This document shows, piece by piece, positions 27,325 through 36,150 of a stretch of 64,000 nt of DNA (positions within the stretch are counted from its first letter, which is position 1; each line of letters opens with the position of its first letter). The stretch is from a virus. Taxonomy: Duplodnaviria; Caudoviricetes. The stretch covers positions 23,182-87,181 of IMG/VR virus record IMGVR_UViG_3300036546_000109; one strand, written 5' to 3'. The notes under the pieces were generated by a model. It was not told where the DNA came from and made no database searches. It saw only the letters and a program-made list of their open reading frames with translations. Both the position numbers and the translations under genes were made by a program.

Positions 27325-27873
27325 GTGGCTAAGTTTGCAGATATGCGTGTCGATTACGTTTGTCACATGGGGTCTGACGTTAATGTGGTGAAATCGGTCA
27401 GTATTCGTGTTAAAGCTCCAATCTTCATGGCGCGTCAATTCGTAAAGCATCAGATTGGTTTAGTATGGAACGAAGAGAGTCGGCTGTACATTGACGATGA
27501 ACCAGAATTCTATCTTCCAGAGAAGTGGCGCTATCGTCCAGAGAATGCCAAACAGGGCAGTAGTCACGAGTTTGAGTATGATCAAGATATCGTTTCCGAG
27601 GCGGCTGACATTACTCGTGCTGCACTGGCAACCTACGAATACCTGCTGGATCGTAAGGTTGCTCCAGAACAAGCTAGAATGGTCTTACCACAGAACACTA
27701 TGACAAATTGGATGTGGACTGGCTCTCTTGTTGCTTTCGCTCGTGTGTGTAAGCTTTGCCTTGACAACCATGCGCAAAAAGAAGCACAAGAACTTGCTCA
27801 AAAGATTCACGATGTTGTTGCTCCGCTGTACCCTGTGTCATGGGCTGCTCTGATGGGGCATATGAAAGTTTGA
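27325..27873 (+). pseudogene. thyX: flavin-dependent thymidylate synthase, internally deleted and probably inactive
   Basis: HMGSD, KAPIFMARQFVKHQ, NEESRLY, PEQARMVLP and HAQKE present; the NAARVSF...HWSPFxH segment is absent. Confidence 0.7.
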
Positions 27874-27889
27874 TTGAGGAGTAAATAAA

Positions 27890-28087
27890 ATGATAGGCTT
27901 TCGAGAAGAGTTTCCTCTTGAGGATTGGATTGAGGAGCTTGCTGTTCTAATCAAGCACGTTGAAGGTATTAAAAAGAATGAGGCGTATCGTCGATTCATT
28001 GACAACGCCACGGAGTTCGTAGGCTACTATCAAGTTGGTATGAGCCCTCGCGCTGCATTGGATAAGTTGTGGGGAGGTAGTAAATGA
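27890..28087 (+). CDS. hypothetical protein
   Basis: 65 aa, GAGGAG RBS. Confidence 0.65.
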   Translation: MIGFREEFPLEDWIEELAVLIKHVEGIKKNEAYRRFIDNATEFVGYYQVGMSPRAALDKLWGGSK

Positions 28088-28434
28088 GTGGTGTACATTA
28101 CGCAAAGAGTTTTTATGATTTGATGCAGAACGAAGAGTTTAAGAGTTCTGTAGTGAATGAAGATAAAAAGAAAATGGAAGAGCTTTTGTTTTCTATTGGC
28201 TTCGACATTTCACAAGGGTATGATCTTGTTTCTGTTTTACATCGTCCAGAGACGACTAAGCAACCTTGGATGGGGCTTAGGGTAGAAGGCTTTGAACGTA
28301 CAGACAAAGCTTGGATTCGTAGTCCTTATGCAAGCCTTGAGGCGCACATTGCAGCTTGCCCAGATGCGAGTAAACGAGTACACTTGGCGATGCTCAACCC
28401 CCGTGGAGCGATTAGCTCTTGGGAAGATGACTGA
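28084..28434 (+). CDS. hypothetical protein
   Basis: 116 aa, ATGA coupling. Confidence 0.7.
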   Translation: MSGVHYAKSFYDLMQNEEFKSSVVNEDKKKMEELLFSIGFDISQGYDLVSVLHRPETTKQPWMGLRVEGFERTDKAWIRSPYASLEAHIAACPDASKRVHLAMLNPRGAISSWEDD

Positions 28435-28460
28435 TAGAAAAGAATTTTGAGGAGAGGAAA

Positions 28461-30647
28461 TTGCTTAAGAATGTAATTAAGAACAACGGTGTTGTAGAAG
28501 AATTTAGTGCAGAGAAGCTTAATAAGTGGGCACAATATGCCACCAAGACAGGCGGTAACTGGTCTGAGATTGCAATGGAGACGTACAAGCGTCTCCCTGA
28601 GACAGCAAAGTCCTCTGACATTCACCAGATGATGATTAATGTTTGTCTGGACAAAGAAGATATTAACTACTCCCGTATTGCTGCACGTCTTGAACAAGCA
28701 AACCTGCGTAAGAACATGGAGCGTGTTCTTGGTGTCTCTGATCGGGACAGTTTTAAAGCAATCTTTGAAGCAATGATTCGTGGTGGTGTTTGGGATGAAA
28801 AGACTATGCCTGAATACAACCCGGTATGGGAAAGTTGGTATGAGGAGATTTATCCAACTAAGCTTGAATACTGGCAAATTGTTCAGTGGGGCGATAAGTA
28901 TGCTATTCGTAAGGATGATGTACCTGTAGAAACTCCTCACATTGGTTGCATTGGCATTGGTCTTGGCTTGCATGGTGATACGCAAGAAGCTTTTGATCTT
29001 GCTAAAGCTTTGGTAGAAGGAAAAGTAAATCTTCCAACCCCTGCACTTAACGGTATTCGCACAGGAGATTTTGATACCATTAGTTGCTGCATTATCACCG
29101 GAGGGGATAGCGTAGACAGTATTGGTGTTGCCGAACACATTGCTTATAAGATGACGGCAAAGAAAGCAGGCATCGGTATTGAGTTTGATACGCGCTCGAA
29201 AGGGGCACCAGTTAAAGGTGGGGCTGTAAAGCATTTGGGTAAACACCCGATTTATTCTACCCTCGACAAAGCTGTAAAGATGTTTACTCAGATTAGCCGT
29301 GGCGGCAGTGCTACAGTTACTTTTAAGTGTATTGATCCTGAAGTAGAAAGTATTGTTCTTTGGAAAACTCAGAGGGTAGATATCGAAACTCGTCTGGATA
29401 AGATGGACTACAGCTTTGCTTATAACGATGCTTTCTTGCAGGCTGTTATCAATAATGAAGACTGGTATCTGTTTGATTTGACTGAGGCACCAGAGATTCA
29501 CGAAGCTTTCTATGTGCTGAAGGCGGATAAATATAACTCCGTAGTCAAAGGTTGTATTGAAAAGGGTAAGAAGTTTAAGAAACTAAAAGCCCGTGATCTA
29601 CTAAAGAGTGTGTTGATTGCTCGTAATGAAACAGGGCGTATGTACTCCATTAACGTGACTCGTGTTAATGAGCATACGCCATTTATTGACGTTATCCGAC
29701 TGTCAAATTTATGTCAGGAAATATGCCTCCCTACAAAAGCTTACAAGAATATGCAAGACTTGTATGCCGAAGAGTCAGAAGCTGAAACTGCTTTTTGTAC
29801 ACTTTCAGCAATTAATGTTGGTAAAGTAAGTTTTGAAGAGTATGAGTATGTGGCCGAAGTTGCTTTGCGTGCTGTAGACAAGATGATTGACAAAGCGCCA
29901 ATGATGACAGCTTCAATGAAGAACAGCATCATGCGTCGTCGTAGTGCAGGGGTTGGTATTACGGGGTTGGCTGGAGCGCTGTATCGTGAAGGTCTTGATT
30001 ATGATGGTAGCGAAGAGTCTTTTACCTTTGTGAGCAAAATTGCTGAAACCCATTACTTTTATCTTCTGAAAGCTTCTCAGAAATTGGCAGAAGAAAGTGG
30101 CTATGCTGTTGAGGGTATTAAGAAAGATTGGTTGCCTGTTGACACTCGCGTGAACAAAGGCTACACTCTGACGCTTGATTGGGAGTCGCTTCGTGGTAAG
30201 CCCCGTAAGCATTCTGTGCTAGCTGCACATATGCCTACAGAGTCAAGTGCTGTGTTCTGTGATGCAGATAACAGCTTGTACCCACCACGGCAGAAAGTGA
30301 TTAACAAGAAATCTCGGAAAGGTATCATTCAGTATATCTCGAAAGATTGGACGCCGGGTAAGAAACTGGCTTGGGACGTGGACAACATTACTTTGTCCAA
30401 GTATTATTCCAGAGTACAGGATTTTACTGACCAAGCTATCAGTGCTGATTACTACTTTGATCCGAGTAAATATGAAGATGAGAAGAAGCCGCTAAGTGAG
30501 CTTATGAAGGAATGGGTAGCACAGGCTAAGGCCGGGAATAAGACCCAGTACTACATGAACACCCGCGACTACAACGGAGGTGGTGTTCAAGGTATCCTTG
30601 GTGCTACACAACCTGAAGAGGAAGCTTGCGAAAGCTGCAAACTTTAA
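28461..30647 (+). CDS. nrdA: class Ia ribonucleotide reductase, alpha subunit
   Basis: ATP-cone-like N-terminus, PTP, SCC, SNLCQEI, CTLSAIN, MPTESS, C-terminal CESCKL. Confidence 0.95.
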   Translation: MLKNVIKNNGVVEEFSAEKLNKWAQYATKTGGNWSEIAMETYKRLPETAKSSDIHQMMINVCLDKEDINYSRIAARLEQANLRKNMERVLGVSDRDSFKAIFEAMIRGGVWDEKTMPEYNPVWESWYEEIYPTKLEYWQIVQWGDKYAIRKDDVPVETPHIGCIGIGLGLHGDTQEAFDLAKALVEGKVNLPTPALNGIRTGDFDTISCCIITGGDSVDSIGVAEHIAYKMTAKKAGIGIEFDTRSKGAPVKGGAVKHLGKHPIYSTLDKAVKMFTQISRGGSATVTFKCIDPEVESIVLWKTQRVDIETRLDKMDYSFAYNDAFLQAVINNEDWYLFDLTEAPEIHEAFYVLKADKYNSVVKGCIEKGKKFKKLKARDLLKSVLIARNETGRMYSINVTRVNEHTPFIDVIRLSNLCQEICLPTKAYKNMQDLYAEESEAETAFCTLSAINVGKVSFEEYEYVAEVALRAVDKMIDKAPMMTASMKNSIMRRRSAGVGITGLAGALYREGLDYDGSEESFTFVSKIAETHYFYLLKASQKLAEESGYAVEGIKKDWLPVDTRVNKGYTLTLDWESLRGKPRKHSVLAAHMPTESSAVFCDADNSLYPPRQKVINKKSRKGIIQYISKDWTPGKKLAWDVDNITLSKYYSRVQDFTDQAISADYYFDPSKYEDEKKPLSELMKEWVAQAKAGNKTQYYMNTRDYNGGGVQGILGATQPEEEACESCKL

Positions 30648-30691
30648 GTAAGATAGGGGCTGAAATATGCCCCTTTATTTAGGAGAGAAAA

Positions 30692-31765
30692 ATGTCTGTA
30701 TTTAATGCAAATAACAAAGGTTATGAAAGTAACAAATACCCACTATTCCTTGGGGAAGATTTGGGATTGTTTGACACAGTAAATATTGCTTACCCCGAAC
30801 TTGAAGACTTGTATCAAAAGCAGGTCAGCCAGATTTGGAACGAGAATGAAGTGTCTCTGACACAAGACAAACAGGATATGATGAATGCCCCTAAAGATGT
30901 TGTTGATCTTATGGTGAAAACAATCTCATGGCAACATCTCGCAGACAGCGTGGCTTCTAAGTCTATTGCTGGTTTGCTTATGCGTTATGTTACTAACTCT
31001 GAACTTGAGGGATTGATTAACGCTTGGTCTTTTTTTGAGACAATTCACGCCAGGACATACAGCCACATTGTAAAGCAGACGGTGGTTAATCCGAACCAAG
31101 TGCTACGTGACACGTACAACAACATGGATATTGTCTCCCGTAGTGGTGCTATTGTTAAAGCTTTTGACCAACTTGAAGTCCTACCAGTGGATGCAACAAT
31201 TGAGGAAAAACGCAAAGCTATTGCTCTGGCATTCGCTGCACTGTTTGCCCTCGAAGCTATTGCATTTATGAGTAGCTTTGCTGTCACGTTTGCCATTGCA
31301 GAGACTGGAATCTTTCAGGGCATTGGTAGTTTGGTAACTCTGATTGCTCGTGATGAAGTGCTGCATACCCGAATGGACTACGCAATTCTTAATATCCTAA
31401 AGCAAAGTCCTGAGTGGGTGAACACTTTTAAAGAGCTGGCCCCAGACATTAAATCTGTTTTGGATGCTATCACAAACCAAGAGCTGAGTAATGCTGACTA
31501 CTTGTTTAGTGAAGGTCGTCAAGTGATCGGTCTTACATCTGGGCTACTTAAAGAGTATACGCTTTACATGGCACGCCCTTTGTATGTTGCTCTGGGTATT
31601 CCCTTTGACTTTGAAGTGATTGAAAAGAATCCTTGCAGTTACATGGATAAATACATCGACAGCTCCAAGATGCAAGTAGCTCCACAAGAGATTCAGATTA
31701 CTTCTTACAAGATTGGGTCGGTGAAAGACGATACTGAGAATCTTGATTTGGATTTTGATTTTTAA
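30692..31765 (+). CDS. nrdB: class Ia ribonucleotide reductase, beta subunit
   Basis: QIWNENE, ETIHARTY, LEAIAF, RDEVLH, PQEIQITSY. Confidence 0.93.
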   Translation: MSVFNANNKGYESNKYPLFLGEDLGLFDTVNIAYPELEDLYQKQVSQIWNENEVSLTQDKQDMMNAPKDVVDLMVKTISWQHLADSVASKSIAGLLMRYVTNSELEGLINAWSFFETIHARTYSHIVKQTVVNPNQVLRDTYNNMDIVSRSGAIVKAFDQLEVLPVDATIEEKRKAIALAFAALFALEAIAFMSSFAVTFAIAETGIFQGIGSLVTLIARDEVLHTRMDYAILNILKQSPEWVNTFKELAPDIKSVLDAITNQELSNADYLFSEGRQVIGLTSGLLKEYTLYMARPLYVALGIPFDFEVIEKNPCSYMDKYIDSSKMQVAPQEIQITSYKIGSVKDDTENLDLDFDF

Positions 31766-31780
31766 TAAAAAGGAGAGAAG

Positions 31781-32065
31781 ATGTTTATTGTATACGGTGG
31801 GGAGAAGTGCAGCTATTGCACTAAAGCTAAGATGCTGCTTGACATGCGAGAGAAAGATTATCAATACTACGATATCTACGATCAATGCAACGGAGCAGAA
31901 GAGGGATGTGAGACACCTCTCACATATCGTGACCAGCTATTCACTCTAATGCAAGATATGGGACTTCCTCTTCCACGCAGTATTCCTCAAATCTTTGTTG
32001 TAAATGGAAATGAGATGGAGTATATTGGCGGCTTTGATAATCTGAAAGAGTATTTGGGAGAGTAA
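31781..32065 (+). CDS. glutaredoxin
   Basis: CSYC active site, IPQIF, IGGFD. Confidence 0.9.
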   Translation: MFIVYGGEKCSYCTKAKMLLDMREKDYQYYDIYDQCNGAEEGCETPLTYRDQLFTLMQDMGLPLPRSIPQIFVVNGNEMEYIGGFDNLKEYLGE

Positions 32066-32105
32066 GGTTCCGGTGTAACTCTTTTACCCGTTGCCATTAT
32101 TTTTC

Positions 32106-32285
32106 ATATAAGCTACGCTTTGCACAAACAAAATATAAGCTTCGCTTTTAAAAGCAGAGCACCAATACGGAGTATTGTGTGAGCGTAGCGAACATTCAGG
32201 AGAGAGAAGATAAATTGAAATAAAACTAAGCTCTTATATTTTTACTTAATCATTTTTAATATATCATTTTTACTATTGTAACTAT
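32106..32285. repeat. two 16-bp direct repeats and an AT-rich tract (candidate origin or operator)
   Basis: ATATAAGCT(A/T)CGCTTT at 32106 and 32133; AT-rich 32205-32285 with TCATTTTTA twice. Confidence 0.5.
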
Positions 32286-32350
32286 GGTTCCCAGTGGTAG
32301 GGGTATTTGGGTTACTCCGGCTGGAATTAAAGTTACATTGGGAGGATAAA

Positions 32351-32527
32351 ATGCAGAAAGTCCGAGTGACTTTGAGTGAGGAAGCTTCGATGAATCTGAT
32401 TGCCACAATGCAGAGAATGGGTCATTCGTCCCCTACGCATACGGCAAACCTAATCATCACTAAATTTAGTAAACTACTATCCCCGAGCGAGGAAAGCAAT
32501 GCACGAGACAAACAAAGAAACAGTTGA
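32351..32527 (+). CDS. ribbon-helix-helix-like (CopG/Arc) DNA-binding protein
   Basis: KVRVTLS strand followed by two short helices; GGAGG RBS; 58 aa. Confidence 0.55.
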   Translation: MQKVRVTLSEEASMNLIATMQRMGHSSPTHTANLIITKFSKLLSPSEESNARDKQRNS

Positions 32528-32999
32528 CAGTTATTTTCCGACATACCATAATGTTACGAAAGCAACACACCTTCTCAACTTAAACACGGGAGAATATGAG
32601 AAGTTCCCTGATGTGCAGAAGCTTGTCTTTCATTACATGCTTGATAGATGGAAGTTCTTCAAAGGACAGGGTAATGGCTATTTTGATAACCAAGAAGACA
32701 TAGCAACTGCTTGTTGTGTCGTGCGTAAGACTGTCGGCAAAGCTATTAAGCTTCTTGCTGACTGCGGCTATTTGTCAGTGAAAGGTAAAATGTCATTCAA
32801 CCATCGAAGTAATTCCTACATCTTTGACAGAGAATTAAATCTTGCTATTCTTGATAAAGAGGGTAAGATTATGGAGTCTTTCAGGACAAATATAGTTGGT
32901 TCTACAAAGCTTGACAAGAAAGTAGCTAAAAAGCCTGTCCCACAAAAGAGCTATATTCCATCTCCGAGTTGGGACGATGAAGAAGGATTACCATTTTAG
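32499..32999 (+). CDS. winged helix-turn-helix protein, replication-initiator-like
   Basis: NQEDIATACCVVRKTVGKAIKLLADCGYL HTH; C-terminal DEEGLPF. Confidence 0.65.
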   Translation: MHETNKETVDSYFPTYHNVTKATHLLNLNTGEYEKFPDVQKLVFHYMLDRWKFFKGQGNGYFDNQEDIATACCVVRKTVGKAIKLLADCGYLSVKGKMSFNHRSNSYIFDRELNLAILDKEGKIMESFRTNIVGSTKLDKKVAKKPVPQKSYIPSPSWDDEEGLPF

Positions 33000-33009
33000 G
33001 AGGTGTGTT

Positions 33010-33636
33010 GTGAAGAAAAAGAAATTGGTGTGTGGTGTCGGGATAAACGATGCAGATTATATTGTGATGATAAAGGAAACGATCGGATATGAGAATGGTA
33101 AACAAAAACAGAAGTTTGTGTGGATTTGCCCATTCTACTCCAGATGGCGGCTGATGATTCAGCGTTGCTATTCTGTTAAATATCAAGAGAAATTTCCTAC
33201 CTATAAAGGGTGTTTCGTTTGTAAAGAGTGGCTAACCTTTAGTAAGTTTCGACAGTGGATGCAAAACCAAGATTGGGGAGGGAAGCAGCTTGATAAGGAT
33301 ATTCTTGTTCCTGGGAACAAAGTGTATAGTCCTGACACCTGTGTGTTTGTAGAAAAAAGAGTTAATGTGTTCCTGACTGAGAGTACCGCATCCCGTGGAC
33401 AGCATCTCATTGGGGCGAGCTTGGATAAGACTCTCAATAAATTTCACGCATACTGCAACGACGGTTCTGGGAAAAAGAAACACCTCGGTCTGTTCGACAC
33501 AGAACTAGAAGCCCACAAAGCATGGCTTGCTTTTAAACTTGAACAAGCTAAGATTCTGGCTGCTGAACAATCAGACCCTCGTGTTGCCAAAGCTTTGATT
33601 GAACGCTATGAAAACTACGTCATTGAAGAACACTAA
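33010..33636 (+). CDS. HNH-family homing endonuclease with AP2-like C-terminus
   Basis: VCKEWLTFSKFRQWM...LDKDIL...YSPDTCVFV...HLGLFDTELEAH; GTG start after GGAGG. Confidence 0.82.
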   Translation: MKKKKLVCGVGINDADYIVMIKETIGYENGKQKQKFVWICPFYSRWRLMIQRCYSVKYQEKFPTYKGCFVCKEWLTFSKFRQWMQNQDWGGKQLDKDILVPGNKVYSPDTCVFVEKRVNVFLTESTASRGQHLIGASLDKTLNKFHAYCNDGSGKKKHLGLFDTELEAHKAWLAFKLEQAKILAAEQSDPRVAKALIERYENYVIEEH

Positions 33637-33647
33637 ATCGCAGACAA

Positions 33648-33695
33648 CAAAAACCCCGGAGAGCCAGTTAAGGTTCTACCGGGGCATATTTATTC
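33648..33695. terminator. probable bidirectional terminator between convergent arms
   Basis: CCCCGG...CCGGGG stem flanked by A and T runs at the convergence point. Confidence 0.6.
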
Positions 33696-33734
33696 TTATT
33701 GTAATCTAATAGTCGCTTCTAACAAAGACACTAG

Positions 33735-34157
33735 CTATGGCACATCTCTCTTTGTTTCACTTGTTGCCTCAGATTTCTTAACTTGAACATCAGTACCATT
33801 GATAGTGAGCGAGTTGTGCAGGCTGTTATTATTAATCAACCTCTGCTTAGGCTCTTTCTTAGACAACTGCTCTACTTTATTCTCCAGCAATGTGATCTTT
33901 CTGGATGTAGAGAATTGGTAGTCATTCTGAACTTTAGCAAGGGAGTTTATCTTTTGTTCTAAGAAGGTGGTGTTGTTTCCAATCACCTTCCTATTCTCAT
34001 CCCTCACCATCTCTATCTGTTCAAGTAGATTATTGGCTGCTACGTTATCTTGTGTGCTGCCCCAAAGAATAATCAGTAAGGCGACAGCTAAGAGCAGAAA
34101 AACAAAATTTACAACATTCTGTAATAGCGTCCCCACAGGAATCCCCTTACACGCCAC
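33735..34157 (-). CDS. membrane-anchored coiled-coil protein (lysis region)
   Basis: N-terminal transmembrane helix; coupled to the upstream gene. Confidence 0.65.
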   Translation of the reverse strand: MACKGIPVGTLLQNVVNFVFLLLAVALLIILWGSTQDNVAANNLLEQIEMVRDENRKVIGNNTTFLEQKINSLAKVQNDYQFSTSRKITLLENKVEQLSKKEPKQRLINNNSLHNSLTINGTDVQVKKSEATSETKRDVP

Positions 34158-34459
34158 TACGGCTTCTGCTTAAAGTAGACATCGAGTCTGGAGATGATGC
34201 TTGCTTGTAAAAGGTCTTGTCGGGCTAGGATATCGCTCTTTAGAGCATCCATTTTTGAATTAAGGCGCTCTTCCAATTCCTTCAGATCACCCCGATCAAC
34301 TTTCACCTTGTCCATTGCAATTACTTTGGCTTCAAGGTTTTCAACCCTTTGACCTTGTTCCTTGAATGCCCACACTGTAAGAGACATGACAATAGCCAAT
34401 AGTCCAATTGCAGCCCTCTCCCAATATGAATTAATTCTACTTTCAGCACTATGGGACAT
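34157..34459 (-). CDS. single-TM coiled-coil protein (holin/antiholin-like)
   Basis: One transmembrane helix followed by a coiled coil, in the lysis cassette. Confidence 0.6.
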   Translation of the reverse strand: MSHSAESRINSYWERAAIGLLAIVMSLTVWAFKEQGQRVENLEAKVIAMDKVKVDRGDLKELEERLNSKMDALKSDILARQDLLQASIISRLDVYFKQKP

Positions 34460-34727
34460 TGTAAAGCTCCACTATCTGTTGCTTGTGTTTCCTCTGCTTC
34501 TCAAGCAAGAGTTTATATTTCCCGATGCAAGATGTGTTCTCTATGTAGCCCTTTGCAAGACTCCTCACAGACCACCCAGCCTCTTTAGCCTCGCAAGGAT
34601 CAACAAGAAGACTATCGGGGGTTAGGTGTAGATTGTTCTTGTACACTGTTGTAGGATTGTTGGAGCAACTTGATAAGCTCATCAGGCAAGCGACTATCAA
34701 GGTGTACAACACCACCATCTTCAACAT
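34449..34727 (-). CDS. o-spanin (Rz1-like lipoprotein)
   Basis: Signal peptide with lipobox LSSC; overlaps the 3' end of the i-spanin. Confidence 0.8.
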   Translation of the reverse strand: MLKMVVLYTLIVACLMSLSSCSNNPTTVYKNNLHLTPDSLLVDPCEAKEAGWSVRSLAKGYIENTSCIGKYKLLLEKQRKHKQQIVELYNVP

Positions 34728-35049
34728 ATGAGGATTCCTTATCTGTTGCCTTCTTAGGAGCTTTACTTTGAATGCTTGGTAAGCTGTCAACTTTCTCAAC
34801 AAGCTCTTCTTTCTTCTCATCCAAGGCTTTCTGTTCTTCGTTGTGCTTTCTATTGATTTCATCAACGATAAGACAGGATTTAGTAGCCTTTTCTACATCA
34901 GAAACAAGCGTTGCATTAGCTTTCGCTAAACGATCCACATCAGCTTTAAGCGTTGCTTTATCACTGTAAAATGAGTAGGATAGGTAGCCAAACAAACACA
35001 TTCCACTAAAGAGGACAGCGATTACAAGCATCAGTGGTTTTGATAGCAT
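34612..35049 (-). CDS. i-spanin (Rz-like)
   Basis: N-terminal transmembrane helix and periplasmic coiled coil. Confidence 0.8.
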   Translation of the reverse strand: MLSKPLMLVIAVLFSGMCLFGYLSYSFYSDKATLKADVDRLAKANATLVSDVEKATKSCLIVDEINRKHNEEQKALDEKKEELVEKVDSLPSIQSKAPKKATDKESSYVEDGGVVHLDSRLPDELIKLLQQSYNSVQEQSTPNPR

Positions 35050-35059
35050 GTTGTTCTCC

Positions 35060-35326
35060 TTAATCTGGAATATTGCGTTGTTTGATGAGTCGTCCCAACC
35101 CGCCGAGCACGTTCAATACAAACATCGTCACACCATAAGCTGCTGGGGTGAACATAGGTTCAATCAGAAACATATGCGGGAGGATGATTTCTACGAATGT
35201 CAAAAGCGCAGACAGAGCATGGAAGATGAATGAATAGCTTTTAAGAAGCTCACGCCAGTTATCGAGAAGCTTTGGTTTTACTACGTCCTTAGTTGTGCTA
35301 ACAACCACTTCCTTTACCTTTTGCAT
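35060..35326 (-). CDS. holin
   Basis: LLDNWRELLKSYSF motif, two transmembrane helices, adjacent to the endolysin. Confidence 0.7.
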   Translation of the reverse strand: MQKVKEVVVSTTKDVVKPKLLDNWRELLKSYSFIFHALSALLTFVEIILPHMFLIEPMFTPAAYGVTMFVLNVLGGLGRLIKQRNIPD

Positions 35327-35970
35327 TACACTACTCCCAAAGCTTTCTTAGCGCGTTCCAATCGCTTCTTACGGTCATCGAGGCCATGTGTTCCACCATT
35401 AATCCGTTTTGTAATGGTCAGAATATCATCCCTGTCAGCAAAGCTATTCAATCCTCTGCTATCCCAGAACCATGCAGCTGCTAATGCAGAGATAAGATTA
35501 TCTTCTACAAGACGTTCTGGACGATTAACAAGATCGAAGTTAAGAGATTGATTCAGCTTAGTGTAGTTAGCACGTCCTGTGACTTGCAGAAGTCCTCTTC
35601 CGCGAAACTTCCAGCCGTCTCCGGGCTGAGTGTTCCCAAGGTTCTTTACTCCCCACTCACCACCATATACAATGTTAGCAATTGCTTGTTGGTCTGCTGG
35701 TTGTGTAGAAGTACGACCATATTTATGAGCATCCATTTCAGAGATACGGGTACGAGAGAATGTTTTAAGAAGCCCATCCACGCTATAATTCAAGCTTTCA
35801 CTTACAGATTTGAAGCTATTGGATTCATGTCCAACCTGAGCAAGAAAATGAGCTTTGCGTAGAGGAGTATTAATGTCATACCGCTGCATAGCATTAGTGA
35901 TTGGCGACCACCAAAGAGCCGCCAAGTCTTCACTAATGCCTACAGCTTTAGCTAAGTCGGAAATATTCAT
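35326..35970 (-). CDS. endolysin, glycoside hydrolase family 19
   Basis: AHFLAQVGHES, ESLNYS, GDGWKFRGRGLLQVTGRANY, ITKRINGG. Confidence 0.93.
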   Translation of the reverse strand: MNISDLAKAVGISEDLAALWWSPITNAMQRYDINTPLRKAHFLAQVGHESNSFKSVSESLNYSVDGLLKTFSRTRISEMDAHKYGRTSTQPADQQAIANIVYGGEWGVKNLGNTQPGDGWKFRGRGLLQVTGRANYTKLNQSLNFDLVNRPERLVEDNLISALAAAWFWDSRGLNSFADRDDILTITKRINGGTHGLDDRKKRLERAKKALGVV

Positions 35971-36062
35971 TACTTTCCTATACCATATGCAACAAAAGCA
36001 GCCGGGGCACTAAGCCCCGCTGCAATAAATGCTGCAATCAGTTTATTTTTGATTGCTCTCAT
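35970..36062 (-). pseudogene. 30-aa SAR-endolysin-like N-terminal fragment
   Basis: MRAIKNKLIAAFIAAGLSAPAAFVAYGIGK; its stop overlaps the GH19 start (TAATG). Confidence 0.55.
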
Positions 36063-36063
36063 T

Positions 36064-36126
36064 CTACACCATTAGTGATTGGCGACAACTAACCCCGACA
36101 GCCTTAGGTAAGTCGGCTATACCCAT
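36064..36126 (-). pseudogene. degenerate copy of the GH19 endolysin 5' end
   Basis: MGIADLPKAVGVS versus MNISDLAKAVGIS; 17-bp exact repeat at 36070-36086 and 35892-35908. Confidence 0.7.
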
Positions 36127-36150
36127 TATTTTCTCACTACTGTTGTATAA

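Noticed and set aside
28326-29501. 391-aa antisense ORF over nrdA
   Set aside because: Shadow frame of a biased-codon gene, with no motifs or RBS.
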